From: Metallosphaera sedula DSM 5348
Lineage (GTDB): Archaea > Thermoproteota > Thermoprotei_A > Sulfolobales > Sulfolobaceae
Direction of reading: 5' to 3'
Assembly: GCF_000016605.1 (NCBI RefSeq)
Contig: NC_009440.1
Location: 1,291,789-1,315,788, forward strand
DNA length: 24,000 nt
Part shown: positions 7,919 to 17,811 of the stretch, piece after piece
Layout: every line of letters begins with the position of its first letter
Position numbering within the stretch: the first letter of the stretch is position 1
Translations under genes and position numbers: made by a program
Notes under the pieces: generated by a model
Seen by the model: only the letters and a program-made list of their open reading frames with translations
Told to the model about the DNA's origin: nothing
The model's database searches: none

Positions 7919-9616
7919 TCACTGAAATCGTTCCAGTTCCTTGAGTGCCGAAACAACCTGTGCGTGAACGAAAACCTGGGGGAAGTTACCGGTGAACTCT
8001 AGGGTGGAGGTGTCCAGATGCTCTCCTAGGAGGTGAAGGCTGCCGGAGACCCTGTCTAACCTCTCCAGGAGATCCCTGGCCTTCCCTGTTTCGCCTAACC
8101 TTATGTAAATCCTTGCCAGCCAAAGCGTGGTGAGGAGGAAGGGATGTTTCGCCTCTCCCATGAAGTCCGAAACATATCTCTTGACGAATCCGTCCTTAAC
8201 CAGATCCCTCTCTACCCTGCGTAGGGTATTTAGAAATACCTTATCGTTAACGTCAACGAAATCGTAAAGGGGTGCCGAGAGGATCGAGGCGTCAACCTGG
8301 TCACTTCCTGGATATCTAGGAAAGTACTCTCCTGACTGTTCAAGAATCCAGGACCTCAGCTCCTCCCTAGCGTCCTTCCATCGATCCTGCATGCCTAGGG
8401 TACTCGCGATCTTCCCAGCCCTGTCCATGGCAACCCACATCATCACCTTAGAGTGAATGTAGTGCTGAGGCTCTCCCCTATCTTCCCATATCCCTGAGTC
8501 CTTCATTCTCCAGTTCTCTGCCTCCCAGTCAGCGAGATAGAAAATCTTCTCGAGGGCATCGTAAATGTATACCCTATCTCCCGTCTTCTCAAAGTACTTG
8601 TAGAGCGTTGCCATGAAAAATCCCTCGACGTCGAGCTGAACCTGAGTTGACGCCCCGTTTCCCACCGTAACCGGTCTAGATCCCCTGAAACCTGAGAGCC
8701 AGGGAAGTTTCCTCTCTGGAGGTGGGATAGTTCCCTCCACCGTGTAGAGGGGGTAGAAGAAAGGTTTCGACGAGAAGTTAATCAGGGAGAGCAAGAAGTT
8801 AATTATGTCCCTGGCCTTCACCACGTAATCCGCGTCTAGGAGGGACTCGGCGATAATAGAGGAGTCCCTTACCCACGCAAAACGGTAGTCCCAGTTCCTG
8901 GACCCACCTATCACCTCTGGTAGGGAGGTTGTGGGGGAAGCCACTGGACCTCCCGAAGGGGCGTAGATGGATCCCAGGAGAACTGCAAGTGAAGTGGTGT
9001 ATAAATCCTCTAGGTATATCCTGGACTTGGGTAGGGACCTTCTCCAGTACTCAACGGTCTTCTCAAAGGGTCTGGAGAAGTCAAGGGATAGGTGGGAGGT
9101 CCTCTCGCTCAATGGACCGTGCTTGGCATCTGATGAGTAATTAGCTACGAGATATCCCTTTCCGCTTGAGAATTTCCAGACATCGTCGCTCTCCATCTCC
9201 ACTTCTCCATCATACTCATAAAGAAACGCCACACAGTCCCTCCCCCTTGGATTGATTCTCCTATTGCCATCGGGAACTGGTCTGTAGAGACCATAATGGA
9301 ATATTGGATTGAACACAACCCTGAAGGGAAACTCGCTCTCCACCCTCCTTATAATAATGGTCTCCCCTATGGGAATAAGGTCTTGGATAACCATCTTTCC
9401 CTGGTCTGTTTCCACGTAAGTTGTGAGAACCATTGGGTCCCTGTATTCCTGAGCCATGTAAGTTACCTTTCCCGGCACCACGGAGAATTCCCCTCCCCTT
9501 TCATCAACCAACTTGGAGAAGATTGAGGGAGAGTCGAACTTGGGAACTGGAAACCAGACAACCGATGTGCCGTCAATGATAGCGGATGTTATTTGATTGG
9601 AAATGAAGCCTAACAC
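7919..9616 (-). CDS. glycoside hydrolase family 15 protein (glucoamylase/trehalase-type)
   Basis: 565 aa with a GTG start. N-terminal GFISN....A.IDG..VVW...PKFDSPSIF. NWDYRFAWVRDSS. GIWEDRGE (general-acid Glu region). LLGEHLD (general-base Glu region). Confidence 0.85.
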   Translation of the reverse strand: MLGFISNQITSAIIDGTSVVWFPVPKFDSPSIFSKLVDERGGEFSVVPGKVTYMAQEYRDPMVLTTYVETDQGKMVIQDLIPIGETIIIRRVESEFPFRVVFNPIFHYGLYRPVPDGNRRINPRGRDCVAFLYEYDGEVEMESDDVWKFSSGKGYLVANYSSDAKHGPLSERTSHLSLDFSRPFEKTVEYWRRSLPKSRIYLEDLYTTSLAVLLGSIYAPSGGPVASPTTSLPEVIGGSRNWDYRFAWVRDSSIIAESLLDADYVVKARDIINFLLSLINFSSKPFFYPLYTVEGTIPPPERKLPWLSGFRGSRPVTVGNGASTQVQLDVEGFFMATLYKYFEKTGDRVYIYDALEKIFYLADWEAENWRMKDSGIWEDRGEPQHYIHSKVMMWVAMDRAGKIASTLGMQDRWKDAREELRSWILEQSGEYFPRYPGSDQVDASILSAPLYDFVDVNDKVFLNTLRRVERDLVKDGFVKRYVSDFMGEAKHPFLLTTLWLARIYIRLGETGKARDLLERLDRVSGSLHLLGEHLDTSTLEFTGNFPQVFVHAQVVSALKELERFQ

Positions 9617-9689
9617 ACCTAGTTTAGGAGTTGGGCTATTAAACTGTTTGGGACGACAAAGATTAATATTCTTTATCTCATTTTATCTT

Positions 9690-10844
9690 ATGAAATTCTT
9701 AATACTTGGAGCAGGGTATGCAGGACTTACCGTGGCTCATAAGTTGAGGAGGTACCTCAATGACGAGATAACCGTTATCTCTGAGTCTAGGGTGGTGAGA
9801 GAAAACACAATTTTCCCGCTTCTCCTCACGGACGAGGTGAAGGTCGAGGAAACTGAATTTGACGCCAAGGTAGCCATGGAGAGGAAGGGAGTGAACTTCG
9901 TGGAGGGTAGGGTGACGCAGATCCTGCCTGAGAGCAGGGAGGCCAAGACGGACAAGGGAACCTTTGACTATGACTATCTCTTCCTAGCCCTCGGTGGAGG
10001 ATATGAGGAGAACTTCAGGAGGATACCTGGACATGAGAACGCAGTCATGCATCACACCCTGGATGGATTCCTCAAGCTTAAGGAAATGCTGTGGAACACT
10101 GAGGGGAACGTGTTCGTAGGTAACGCGCCAGGGAGTCCCATAGAGGGTCCCTCGTATCAGGTCGCCCTCATAGCTGAGTACATTCTTAGGAGGAGAGGGG
10201 TGAAGGGGAAGGTTTACCTGGCTACGCAAAGTCCCAAGGGTGTCTTTGGCCCAATTCCCTTGGACTGGGTTCACGAGAAGGCCAACTCATACTTCGAGAG
10301 GAGGGGTATAAGCGTCCTCAAGGGTAAAGCCGTAAAGGAGATTAAGAGAGGGAAAGTAGTCTTGAGCGACGGCCAAGAAGTGGAGGCTGATGTGATCTCC
10401 GTGCTTCCCTCACTCTCTGCGCCAAAGGTGGTTAGAGATGCTGGACTTGCGGGAAATTCAGGTTTCGTTGAGGTGAAGTTACCAAGTTTTAGGAAGGATG
10501 ACAGGATATTTGCCCTAGGAGACCTGGCCCAGACTCCCTTCCCTAGGACAGCTAGGGCAGCAATGATCTCCGCAGAGAATGCAGTCTCGTCAGTGTTAAG
10601 GGAGGTCAAGGGACTGGAGTTGCCCATGTACTCCCTAGGTGTTCTATGCGTGATGGAGGGAGGAGATGACGGTGGAATTCTTAGATTCGATACGAATGGG
10701 AAAGAGGTGAAAACCACGCTAGCCTTTGGAAAGAGTTACGTCACCATCAAGAAACTCTACAGTAAACTTCTAGTCAAGAGGGCCTTTGATGTTCCCTATC
10801 ACGGAGCGCTAACAGTTGAAATACGCTACAACTTCTCTCCTTAA
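9690..10844 (+). CDS. FAD-dependent pyridine-nucleotide-disulfide-type oxidoreductase (SQR/NDH-2 family)
   Basis: The ATG at 9690 gives MKFLILGAGYAGLTVAHKL (a GxGxxG Rossmann start). The track N-terminal extension from 9597 overlaps the divergent GH15 gene. ATTAATATT at 9662-9670 lies about 24 nt upstream of this ATG. The C-terminal ALGD motif is typical of the family. Confidence 0.75.
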   Translation: MKFLILGAGYAGLTVAHKLRRYLNDEITVISESRVVRENTIFPLLLTDEVKVEETEFDAKVAMERKGVNFVEGRVTQILPESREAKTDKGTFDYDYLFLALGGGYEENFRRIPGHENAVMHHTLDGFLKLKEMLWNTEGNVFVGNAPGSPIEGPSYQVALIAEYILRRRGVKGKVYLATQSPKGVFGPIPLDWVHEKANSYFERRGISVLKGKAVKEIKRGKVVLSDGQEVEADVISVLPSLSAPKVVRDAGLAGNSGFVEVKLPSFRKDDRIFALGDLAQTPFPRTARAAMISAENAVSSVLREVKGLELPMYSLGVLCVMEGGDDGGILRFDTNGKEVKTTLAFGKSYVTIKKLYSKLLVKRAFDVPYHGALTVEIRYNFSP

Positions 10845-11139
10845 TAAGAAATTATGAACTCGCGCGTCATATACGCCGTTTCCTTGATATTTGAGCTTTT
10901 ATCCGTAGATGATCTTAAACCATATAATATCGATCTAATATCCTTAGATGCCCAATCAGACCCGGTTACTTGCCGGTTCTCATCAGGATTAATGGAGTTA
11001 GATTTCCTTTCCTATCAAATGGATTAGTAGTCTATGAACCCCAGATAAATCATTTTTGCGTGTCATGAAATTGGTGATACCAGAAATATAAGCTCACTTG
11101 AGTGAATACCTGGAAATCCATCAGTATCGTTACCTCCTA

Positions 11140-11223
11140 CCTGAAAATGATTTTAACATTGGGAGGTTAAGGGGGTAGAAGTCCCCATCGCGAGGTGGGG
11201 ATGCTCCGTCCGTAAGGGCGGTG
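11140..11223 (-). terminator. GC-rich hairpins plus a T-run immediately downstream of arlJ (putative operon terminator / 3' UTR structure)
   Basis: Read on the minus strand after the arlJ stop: CCGCCC-TTAC-GGACGG (11206-11221), then CCCC-N10-GGGG (11183-11200, or alternatively with GGGG at 11171-11175), then TTTT (11144-11147). This GC-rich island sits in an otherwise AT-rich spacer. Confidence 0.3.
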
Positions 11224-11237
11224 TAGTTCATGCTAAT

Positions 11238-12725
11238 TCAGATATTGCCTGGAATGCTAGTTACTGTTGGTAATCCTTGAAATACCCCTGAGAATATTCC
11301 CTGAGTCAGAACATAGGTGAAATGGAAACTGAGAGCAGTAATCACAAGAAGTATTCCCACAAAGTAAAGGGAGGAATAGAAGGTCTTACCATATGCGATT
11401 GCAATAGAAATTCCGTTAGCAAAGGACAGCGCAACTAGGATAGCCAAGAGAAGCAGTGATAGCTGAGGAATACTAACCTGTCCCAGAGTGAAAATTGAGT
11501 TAATAACATTTGTACTGAAAATATTCTCGAATACCTGGATTAACGCCAAGAGCGAACCACCTATAGCCGAACTGGCTCCCTGCATGGCGAAGACCGAGGC
11601 TTCGAAGGCTCTACCGTTCTGCTCCCTTCTAGCCCTAAGGTTGAGCAGTGTAGTCCCTATCCTTGAGACAGTTTCGCCCACCTCTTTTACATTACCTCCT
11701 AACTCCACGGTAGCCGATATAATTCTGTTCATCATCAAAATCAAAACACTACCGCTCTCCTCACCCATCATCTCAAAAATTAATGACTTTCTCACGCCAA
11801 ATTTGAGCCTATTTAGGGAAGATGAAACCAGAGGTCTCATGGTCCCCAGATCCCCCCTCATCACACTGAGGAAAGTATCCATTAAATTGTTGACTACATG
11901 ATAGGTCCTGGAAAAGTAGGTGACAAATGCCACATAATGTCTTTCTAATATGTTAAGTCTTCTCTCCTTCATTCTGAAAAACATTCCTGTTCCTATTAAC
12001 ACTCCTCCCGCTATGGCCACAGCAACATAATTTCTTTGAAGTAGCATTATTGTCATGGATAAGAGCAACCCTATTACAGCAACCAGTTTCTCATTCCTCT
12101 TCAGGATCACGTAAATCTCTGGTTTATATAGCACGTAAACCACTAGGGTAAGTAGACCTATCACGGCAACCATTGCCATGGAAAGCAGTTGAAGAACTGA
12201 AGTTCCCACATCAAACAGGATAGATACCAGTGTCAAGTTTACCATCAGGAAGACTAGCGAGCTACTCAAACTCCCATAAATTGCAAGAAAATTATTCATT
12301 GATTCTATTTTCCTGTTCATGTCAGCGTTATAATCATTTAATGTCATGTCTATTTCCCTGTTTAAGAAAGAGATCATCTCATCCCCGTGGGAGAGGGCCT
12401 GTGAAAACCTAACTATGAACTCTCTGAAAGGTTTAATGTGAATCTTAGTACTCACGATATTGATTGCGTTGGAGAACTTGTATCTATATCCGTGAATTAG
12501 CGTGGCCAGTCTACCAAAGGTCTTGGAGTACTCTCCAAAGTACTTAAGGCCAGAGAGTGTCACCACTATGCTCTCTGGCGGAAGATCCGCAGTGAACAGG
12601 GCCAGTATGTACGCTACTAAAAAGATAAACTTGGAGTCCACTTCGTCTTGACTACGTAACTGCAATTTGCCTGATCGCCTCCTCCAATCCCATTTGTCTA
12701 GATTTAAGAATCCAATTCCAGACAT
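11238..12725 (-). CDS. arlJ: archaellum polytopic membrane platform protein ArlJ (FlaJ)
   Basis: Last gene of the operon. Multi-TM protein with two GspF/TadB-like repeats. The maximal ORF reaches 12794. Candidate starts are ATG 12725, TTG 12665 and GTG 12641, so the start is uncertain. Confidence 0.88.
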   Translation of the reverse strand: MSGIGFLNLDKWDWRRRSGKLQLRSQDEVDSKFIFLVAYILALFTADLPPESIVVTLSGLKYFGEYSKTFGRLATLIHGYRYKFSNAINIVSTKIHIKPFREFIVRFSQALSHGDEMISFLNREIDMTLNDYNADMNRKIESMNNFLAIYGSLSSSLVFLMVNLTLVSILFDVGTSVLQLLSMAMVAVIGLLTLVVYVLYKPEIYVILKRNEKLVAVIGLLLSMTIMLLQRNYVAVAIAGGVLIGTGMFFRMKERRLNILERHYVAFVTYFSRTYHVVNNLMDTFLSVMRGDLGTMRPLVSSSLNRLKFGVRKSLIFEMMGEESGSVLILMMNRIISATVELGGNVKEVGETVSRIGTTLLNLRARREQNGRAFEASVFAMQGASSAIGGSLLALIQVFENIFSTNVINSIFTLGQVSIPQLSLLLLAILVALSFANGISIAIAYGKTFYSSLYFVGILLVITALSFHFTYVLTQGIFSGVFQGLPTVTSIPGNI

Positions 12726-14196
12726 CAAAATAATTGAATATCTTCTTCTCCACAAGTGTCTTGATAAATTGTGCCCTAAGATTGAGCTCATCATACAATA
12801 AGTTCATGTTCCTCCTATCTATTCCCCTCCTCACCGCTATCTTGTTCTCGATGAGAAACGAGGATCCCTTACCGGCAAAGTTAATCTGGTCGTAGATGGG
12901 ATCATAGGTAAAGACTGGGACAAATATGACATCGCTAGTCACTGGATCAACATCTATGATCTCATCCACCTCTATGACCCTTCTCACAGAATTTCCCTTC
13001 TTATCGTACAGAGCGCTCTGGAACAGGGCTAGGTTCAAATTATTGATATACGATTTGGGTACCTCTATTGGATAACCGCTCAGTCTCTGTACTAGAGTCC
13101 TGATGTTAGCTGCGTGAAATGTGGCCATAACTGAGTGGCCTGTCTGCATTGCCTGAAACGCTACGTTACCTTCCCTATCCCTTATTTCTCCCACTAGAAT
13201 ATAGTTGGGCCTCTGTCTTAGGGCCGCCTTAAGCAGATCAAATAGCTTTACTGTCCCTTCGCCTCCAGTTTCCCTAGTTACCTCAGCCACCCAATTCTCA
13301 TGAGGAACTGTAAGTTCTGGGGTGTCCTCGATTGTAATTATCTTCAGATTGGGAGGAATGAAGGCAGTAATTGCATTAAGTGACGTCGTTTTCCCTGACG
13401 CTGTTTCCCCACACACAAATAGGTTCATCCCCTCATCTAGCAACATCCAGATATACCCTGCCAGTATTGCTGACATGGTACCGCTGGCTACCACTTGAGT
13501 TATACTCATTGGAACCTTACTGAACTTTCTTATGGTCAGATTGGAGCCCCTTCTACTTATGTCCGTCCCAAAAACGAAGTTTACCCTAGAGCCATCGGGA
13601 AGGGCTGCGTCTATGATGGGCCTATTATGCGAAACTGGTCTTAACGTCTTCTCGCTCAAAGTGACAATCAGTTCGTCTAGCTCTTCTTGATTTTCTATCC
13701 TTATATTTGTCTTCATGGGTCCAAATAACTTATGGACAATGTATACGCTCCCTAACCCTGGGAGGCTTATATCCTCAATGAACGGATCTCTTATCAGAGG
13801 CTCTATAGGCCCAGTATACAATTTATCTCTGATAAAATGATAGATAATATATTCTCTGTTAAACCCCTTAGTTTTTATCTTTTCCAGAAGAGCTCTCATC
13901 TTCTTCTCTTTCTCTTGCAAAACGTCAGGTACTTTCTCTTTGTAGTTAATTAATTTGGCAAACTGTATTTCCACGTCCTCAAGGAGACTTGCTGGAGGTC
14001 TTGGAGGCTCTATCACGAAGTATTGATAATATCCGTCATCCGACCTTCTGCTAAGGGCATGGATGAAAATTAAATCGGATACCTTGTAGATTATATTGAA
14101 AACCTTAGACCCCTTATACCTAGATGGATCGTCTACTATTTCTGGTCTCTCCTCGAGTCCATTTATGTAACTCTGGAGGTACTCACTCATGGTCAA
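12652..14196 (-). CDS. arlI: archaellum motor ATPase ArlI (FlaI), type II/IV secretion ATPase family
   Basis: 514 aa with Walker [10 protein letters not shown] and Walker B region ILVGEIRD. The start overlaps the arlH stop (ATGA). Position between arlH and arlJ fits. Confidence 0.95.
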   Translation of the reverse strand: MTMSEYLQSYINGLEERPEIVDDPSRYKGSKVFNIIYKVSDLIFIHALSRRSDDGYYQYFVIEPPRPPASLLEDVEIQFAKLINYKEKVPDVLQEKEKKMRALLEKIKTKGFNREYIIYHFIRDKLYTGPIEPLIRDPFIEDISLPGLGSVYIVHKLFGPMKTNIRIENQEELDELIVTLSEKTLRPVSHNRPIIDAALPDGSRVNFVFGTDISRRGSNLTIRKFSKVPMSITQVVASGTMSAILAGYIWMLLDEGMNLFVCGETASGKTTSLNAITAFIPPNLKIITIEDTPELTVPHENWVAEVTRETGGEGTVKLFDLLKAALRQRPNYILVGEIRDREGNVAFQAMQTGHSVMATFHAANIRTLVQRLSGYPIEVPKSYINNLNLALFQSALYDKKGNSVRRVIEVDEIIDVDPVTSDVIFVPVFTYDPIYDQINFAGKGSSFLIENKIAVRRGIDRRNMNLLYDELNLRAQFIKTLVEKKIFNYFDVWNWILKSRQMGLEEAIRQIAVT

Positions 14197-14876
14197 GCCC
14201 TCGACAAAGTTAGTGGAACCACTTTGATTCCTAAGCTTGGATCTACATCAAATGAAATAGAATCAGAACCGAAGGTACTTTCGCTAGTTTTTATCTTCTC
14301 AATAACCTTAACTCTCCTATTTCCAATTGACGCAGATGATGTTCTAAAGTAGACATCCGCTTCGCTCCTCACTCTAGTCACCATATCCTCACTAAACGCG
14401 TTTGGATGAACAGTAATGATGATCTCCTTGCCGTTTGAGACTGCTACACGCAATCCTTTAAGGAATTCCATAAGATCCTCTCCCCTTGCAAAGGTAGAGA
14501 TAACAGTGAAGCTATCAATTAGTACGAAGTCCTTCACTCTCCTTATGAACTCGAGGATGAAATACAGAAGCTTCTTTGCGAGAGATGAATTCCAACTAAA
14601 TCTACTGGTGTTAAGTGGGGCCATCCCTAGTTTCCCTCTTAAGAAAAAGGGGATAAGGTCTATCTTAACCTCCCTCATTTTCTTGAGGTAACCGTAAGTT
14701 GATTGTTCCGTTGTGATAATATAACCAGACTTTCCTGCAGAAAGCAGACCGTACACAAATTGGGCGCCCATTACGCTTTTTCCCGTCCCATGATCTCCTT
14801 CGATCATGATAAGGGCAGGGAATGGTATTCCTCCCAACCTTCTATCTAATTCCTCGTTTGTGGTGGGGATAATCAT
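14193..14876 (-). CDS. arlH: archaellum RecA/KaiC-like ATP-binding protein ArlH (FlaH)
   Basis: Walker A GDHGTGKS. The ATG at 14876 forms an ATGA overlap with the arlF stop, while the track start at 14891 lies 5 codons upstream. Confidence 0.88.
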   Translation of the reverse strand: MIIPTTNEELDRRLGGIPFPALIMIEGDHGTGKSVMGAQFVYGLLSAGKSGYIITTEQSTYGYLKKMREVKIDLIPFFLRGKLGMAPLNTSRFSWNSSLAKKLLYFILEFIRRVKDFVLIDSFTVISTFARGEDLMEFLKGLRVAVSNGKEIIITVHPNAFSEDMVTRVRSEADVYFRTSSASIGNRRVKVIEKIKTSESTFGSDSISFDVDPSLGIKVVPLTLSRA

Positions 14877-15358
14877 AGGGTACCCCTCCACACTGCCGAA
14901 GTACCATAATTCGTGGATATCACTGCAACCGCAGGGGTATTGGGATATGGTGGATAGGGAAGAACTATCTGAAATTCTGAGCTACCGTCAGGTTCTAGAA
15001 TCTGAGAGGAAGTCCATTGATAAGAGGAGGGAGAGTTTGAGAAATTATAAAGGGAGACCAGGAGAGTAGATTTATTACTTATATTGGCATAATATTGTAT
15101 AATTACAGCAAAATGTTGAAAGTCCCAGAGGGGAATTGAGCCGTTATTGGTCACCATGAGGATTAGGTCATTTCCAGATAGGGAGACGCTCCCTATTGAT
15201 ATCTTAGAATTCAACTGATCTAGATAGAGCGATTGCCTTACGCTCTCAGATTTCTCGACAGTACCCACAACGTTCGTTACAACTAGAAATATGGAACCAA
15301 AAGTGGCCAAGCCTATGAATATAGTTAGCGAGAATGCTATAACGTTGGAAACCCCCAT
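14873..15358 (-). CDS. arlF: archaellum stator/S-layer-binding protein ArlF (FlaF)
   Basis: 161 aa with an N-terminal hydrophobic helix (VIAFSLTIFIGLATFGSIFLVV) followed by a beta-rich domain. TAATG overlap with arlG. Assigned by operon position. Confidence 0.78.
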   Translation of the reverse strand: MGVSNVIAFSLTIFIGLATFGSIFLVVTNVVGTVEKSESVRQSLYLDQLNSKISIGSVSLSGNDLILMVTNNGSIPLWDFQHFAVIIQYYANISNKSTLLVSLYNFSNSPSSYQWTSSQILEPDGSSEFQIVLPYPPYPNTPAVAVISTNYGTSAVWRGTL

Positions 15359-15828
15359 TACATCACCTCAAACACGTAATCTGTCTCATATCCGTTCTGT
15401 GCCACAAACATAGCCTCATAGTACTGATACTGCTGAAGTGGAGCTGGAAGAGTTAGCGTTATCTTTGCAGTACTGCCCGGAGACAGAACCGCGACAGATG
15501 AGGTCCAGTTTGGTGGAGAAGAGGTAGAGTATCCTGTTGGTTGAAGTTGATATACCTTGCCAAAATACAGAGTGGATGAGGACATGAAGATGTCCGTTTC
15601 TCCCGTATTCTGAATATATATTACCACTGTGGTAGAGGAAACATTGGTTGCATAAACTATCTTCAGATCAGTGGTGAGTTTCTGCGACAAGGAGAGGGAC
15701 ATAGAACTCATACCAGAGCTAATGCTAGTCAGTGAAAAATAGACTCCAGCCACTAAAACCCCTACGAGAGTTATGCTGGCTATAACCAGGATGGACTCAC
15801 TGATTATCTCTCCTGCCATTTCCATCAC
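15358..15828 (-). CDS. arlG: archaellum protein ArlG (FlaG)
   Basis: 156 aa with an N-terminal helix (ESILVIASITLVGVLVAGVYF) followed by a beta-rich domain. It lies between arlX and arlF. The start may be one of the Met codons 15828-15819. Confidence 0.78.
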   Translation of the reverse strand: MMEMAGEIISESILVIASITLVGVLVAGVYFSLTSISSGMSSMSLSLSQKLTTDLKIVYATNVSSTTVVIYIQNTGETDIFMSSSTLYFGKVYQLQPTGYSTSSPPNWTSSVAVLSPGSTAKITLTLPAPLQQYQYYEAMFVAQNGYETDYVFEVM

Positions 15829-16606
15829 CTATCAGGACCGACATGAATTTAACCAGCTCTGAATCCACCGAGTTGTAACTCTTTGCTATATCATAGGCTA
15901 TTAGGGCAAGTTCTGCAGCATCTACTTTTGGACGGTTCTTATGGATGATGTCCTCTATTTTAGATATCATCTCCAAGTCTTGAGGGGAGATAAGGCCTAA
16001 GTTAAGGAGAGCCCTAATCTTCACCTTATCATAGTCTAGAATTGCTAGAAGGATTGATAGCTGTATGAGTTTTTTTAAATTTATATTTGGAAGCTCATTT
16101 TGAGAAATATCCTGCGTGATGGACGAGCTACTGTTCGGAATATTCAAACCAGTGAACTTAGCATCCACGCTGTCCCTTGAGGTCTTAGGATCTTGCTCAT
16201 TTAATTGAATCAAATTGAATGGAGATTCTGCATCGCTTTTAGTAGCTTTAATAGCCAGGGCCAGATCCTCAAGGTTTTTGCCCAGATTTTCTACAGACTG
16301 TCTAAGCTCTGTTGAGGTATCAGAGATCATCTTTGCTAAGTCTGCTTCCATCTTGTCCACACGTGATGTTATTTTAGAGATGTCTTGTTGAGGTTGAGGT
16401 GTAGAAGTTTGAGTAGGTTGTTGAGGTGGAGGAGGTATAGGTGAAGGAATTGCAGATTGAGCAGAACTGTTTGTGCCAGTTGGCCTTCTGAAATTTATTC
16501 TACCTGGTCTTAAAACAAAAAAGAACAATAAAACAAAGAATATAGAAAGAGGGACTCCTACGGAGAAGAAAACAATAAAAAATTGACTTGAAAAAAGGTC
16601 GGTCAT
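15797..16606 (-). CDS. arlX: crenarchaeal archaellum scaffold protein ArlX (FlaX)
   Basis: 269 aa. N-terminal TM helix, Pro/Gln-rich linker (PSPIPPPPQQPTQTSTPQPQQ), then a long helical/coiled-coil region. GAGGT lies 8 nt upstream of the ATG. The position directly after arlB is diagnostic for Crenarchaeota. Confidence 0.8.
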   Translation of the reverse strand: MTDLFSSQFFIVFFSVGVPLSIFFVLLFFFVLRPGRINFRRPTGTNSSAQSAIPSPIPPPPQQPTQTSTPQPQQDISKITSRVDKMEADLAKMISDTSTELRQSVENLGKNLEDLALAIKATKSDAESPFNLIQLNEQDPKTSRDSVDAKFTGLNIPNSSSSITQDISQNELPNINLKKLIQLSILLAILDYDKVKIRALLNLGLISPQDLEMISKIEDIIHKNRPKVDAAELALIAYDIAKSYNSVDSELVKFMSVLIGDGNGRRDNQ

Positions 16607-16627
16607 TTAACTTACCTCGTTGTGCTA

Positions 16628-17536
16628 TTATCCAATCGCGGTAACAGTGCCTTCAGGTTGATATATGTATTCGGATAAAGTCAGTGGCGAACCGATATTT
16701 GGCGTTATTTGAATATTGATGGTCTGATATTCGAATACATGCTGTCCCAGATTAGGGCCGAATAATATCATGAAGCCTACTGTAGATCCGGCAGGGGCAA
16801 TGGCACTTCCAACTAGTGGATCTCCAGCAACAGGATATGAGAACGCGAATGTTTGATTAATGAACACATAGTACAATACTTTTTGCCCAGCTATAGTTAA
16901 AGTGAAAGTAAAATTATTATCATTTTTAAGCCATGAAGGCTCTGGGTTGGTGCTGGAGAACGAGGTGTAATTGATATAAATTGGTGAATGTCCGCTAACT
17001 TTGGATAGAGATTGATTTAAAGCTAATAATGCTAAATACGGGCTTGAGAAATAATAGTAAGTATTACCTCCGCTAGTTAAATTACTTTCAAGAGTCAGAG
17101 AATAGCCACTTGCAGATACAGGAGTTAAATGGGTATCAGTAAGTAGTGTATATTTGTAAATATTAGAAAGTGTAATGCCCTCCTCTGTGGCTATAAATGA
17201 AAGTCCAGTTGTGGCAGGATCTAATTCTACGCTAGAAACTCCGGAGGTCGGACTTACTGTGAAATAAATCCAGTAGCTCTTTGTATTACTTGGATAGTTC
17301 ACTGCATAAAGCACCGAACTAGATACTGTTAGAGCCGTAGAAGCCGTCTCTTCACCCTTATTTATAGTAGTTTTAGCTTTTTGCGTAACGAATAGGCCCA
17401 TATTTATAGCTACGAAGGCTAGCACGGAGGCGGTTATTATAAATGCTATTAATATTATTGCTGTATCCAATCCAGCTAGCCCTCTTCGCCTTACCAATTT
17501 ATTATATTTTTGGACCAGACCTCTAATTTTTCCCAT
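16628..17536 (-). CDS. arlB: archaellin ArlB (FlaB)
   Basis: 302 aa. Class III signal peptide with a basic leader and ...RRRG/LAGLDTAIILIAFIITASVLAFV. Five N-x-S/T sequons (NLT, NQS, NYT, NFT, NQT). First gene of the operon. Confidence 0.92.
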   Translation of the reverse strand: MGKIRGLVQKYNKLVRRRGLAGLDTAIILIAFIITASVLAFVAINMGLFVTQKAKTTINKGEETASTALTVSSSVLYAVNYPSNTKSYWIYFTVSPTSGVSSVELDPATTGLSFIATEEGITLSNIYKYTLLTDTHLTPVSASGYSLTLESNLTSGGNTYYYFSSPYLALLALNQSLSKVSGHSPIYINYTSFSSTNPEPSWLKNDNNFTFTLTIAGQKVLYYVFINQTFAFSYPVAGDPLVGSAIAPAGSTVGFMILFGPNLGQHVFEYQTINIQITPNIGSPLTLSEYIYQPEGTVTAIG

Positions 17537-17575
17537 TTGGATCTCACTTTCTGATGAACCTCCAACGGACCATCA

Positions 17576-17585
17576 TTTTAAATAT
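17576..17585 (-). promoter_or_regulatory. TATA-like box of the arlB promoter
   Basis: The minus strand reads ATATTTAAAA, centred about 43 nt upstream of the arlB ATG. This implies a short 5' UTR of about 15-20 nt. Confidence 0.4.
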
Positions 17586-17596
17586 GCCCTAGGATT

Positions 17597-17611
17597 TCGA
17601 CCCAAAGTCGA
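17597..17611. promoter_or_regulatory. palindrome TCGAC-CCAAA-GTCGA just upstream of the arlB TATA box (candidate regulator site)
   Basis: Perfect 5-bp arms with a 5-bp spacer, centred about 22 bp upstream of the TATA centre. It has the same CGAC-N5-GTCG core as the site at 17977-17989. Confidence 0.35.
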
Positions 17612-17811
17612 TGATTTTACCGACGCGGATCACACAATAAAAGGTAGTTTCAAGATTTTATCTTAAATAATATCTAGCTTTAACAATATTTCCACGAAAT
17701 AAAACATGGTGTCGTCATGTCAGCATAAATGAGTCCGCATGAAGATAGAATCAGGAATCCAATCACGAACCATGAAAATTGTGCCACTGTAATGACATCA
17801 TGAAATAAAAC

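Noticed and set aside
9597-9689. N-terminal extensions offered by the track for the flavoprotein (9597), the 611 ORF and the 5231 ORF
   Set aside because: The extensions overlap neighbouring genes or divergent promoters. They also precede canonical N-termini: MKFLILGAGYAG, MIVDIQH after an upstream stop, and the TAATG-coupled MAQLVESG. The shorter starts were therefore preferred.
10951-10990. Minus-strand UGAUGA (10985-10980) ... CUGA (10959-10956) pair enclosing a CCGG-N7-CCGG hairpin (C/D-like or K-turn hairpin)
   Set aside because: The boxes are perfect, but the spacing (20 nt) is too short for guide regions and the flanks do not pair. It also lies inside the 57-codon ORF. It is kept only as part of the long-spacer finding.
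11161-11225. GC-rich island considered as a tRNA or tRNA fragment (possible att site)
   Set aside because: No T-loop (GTTCRANYC-like) or D-loop consensus, and no cloverleaf can be drawn. Terminator or 3' UTR hairpins explain it more simply.
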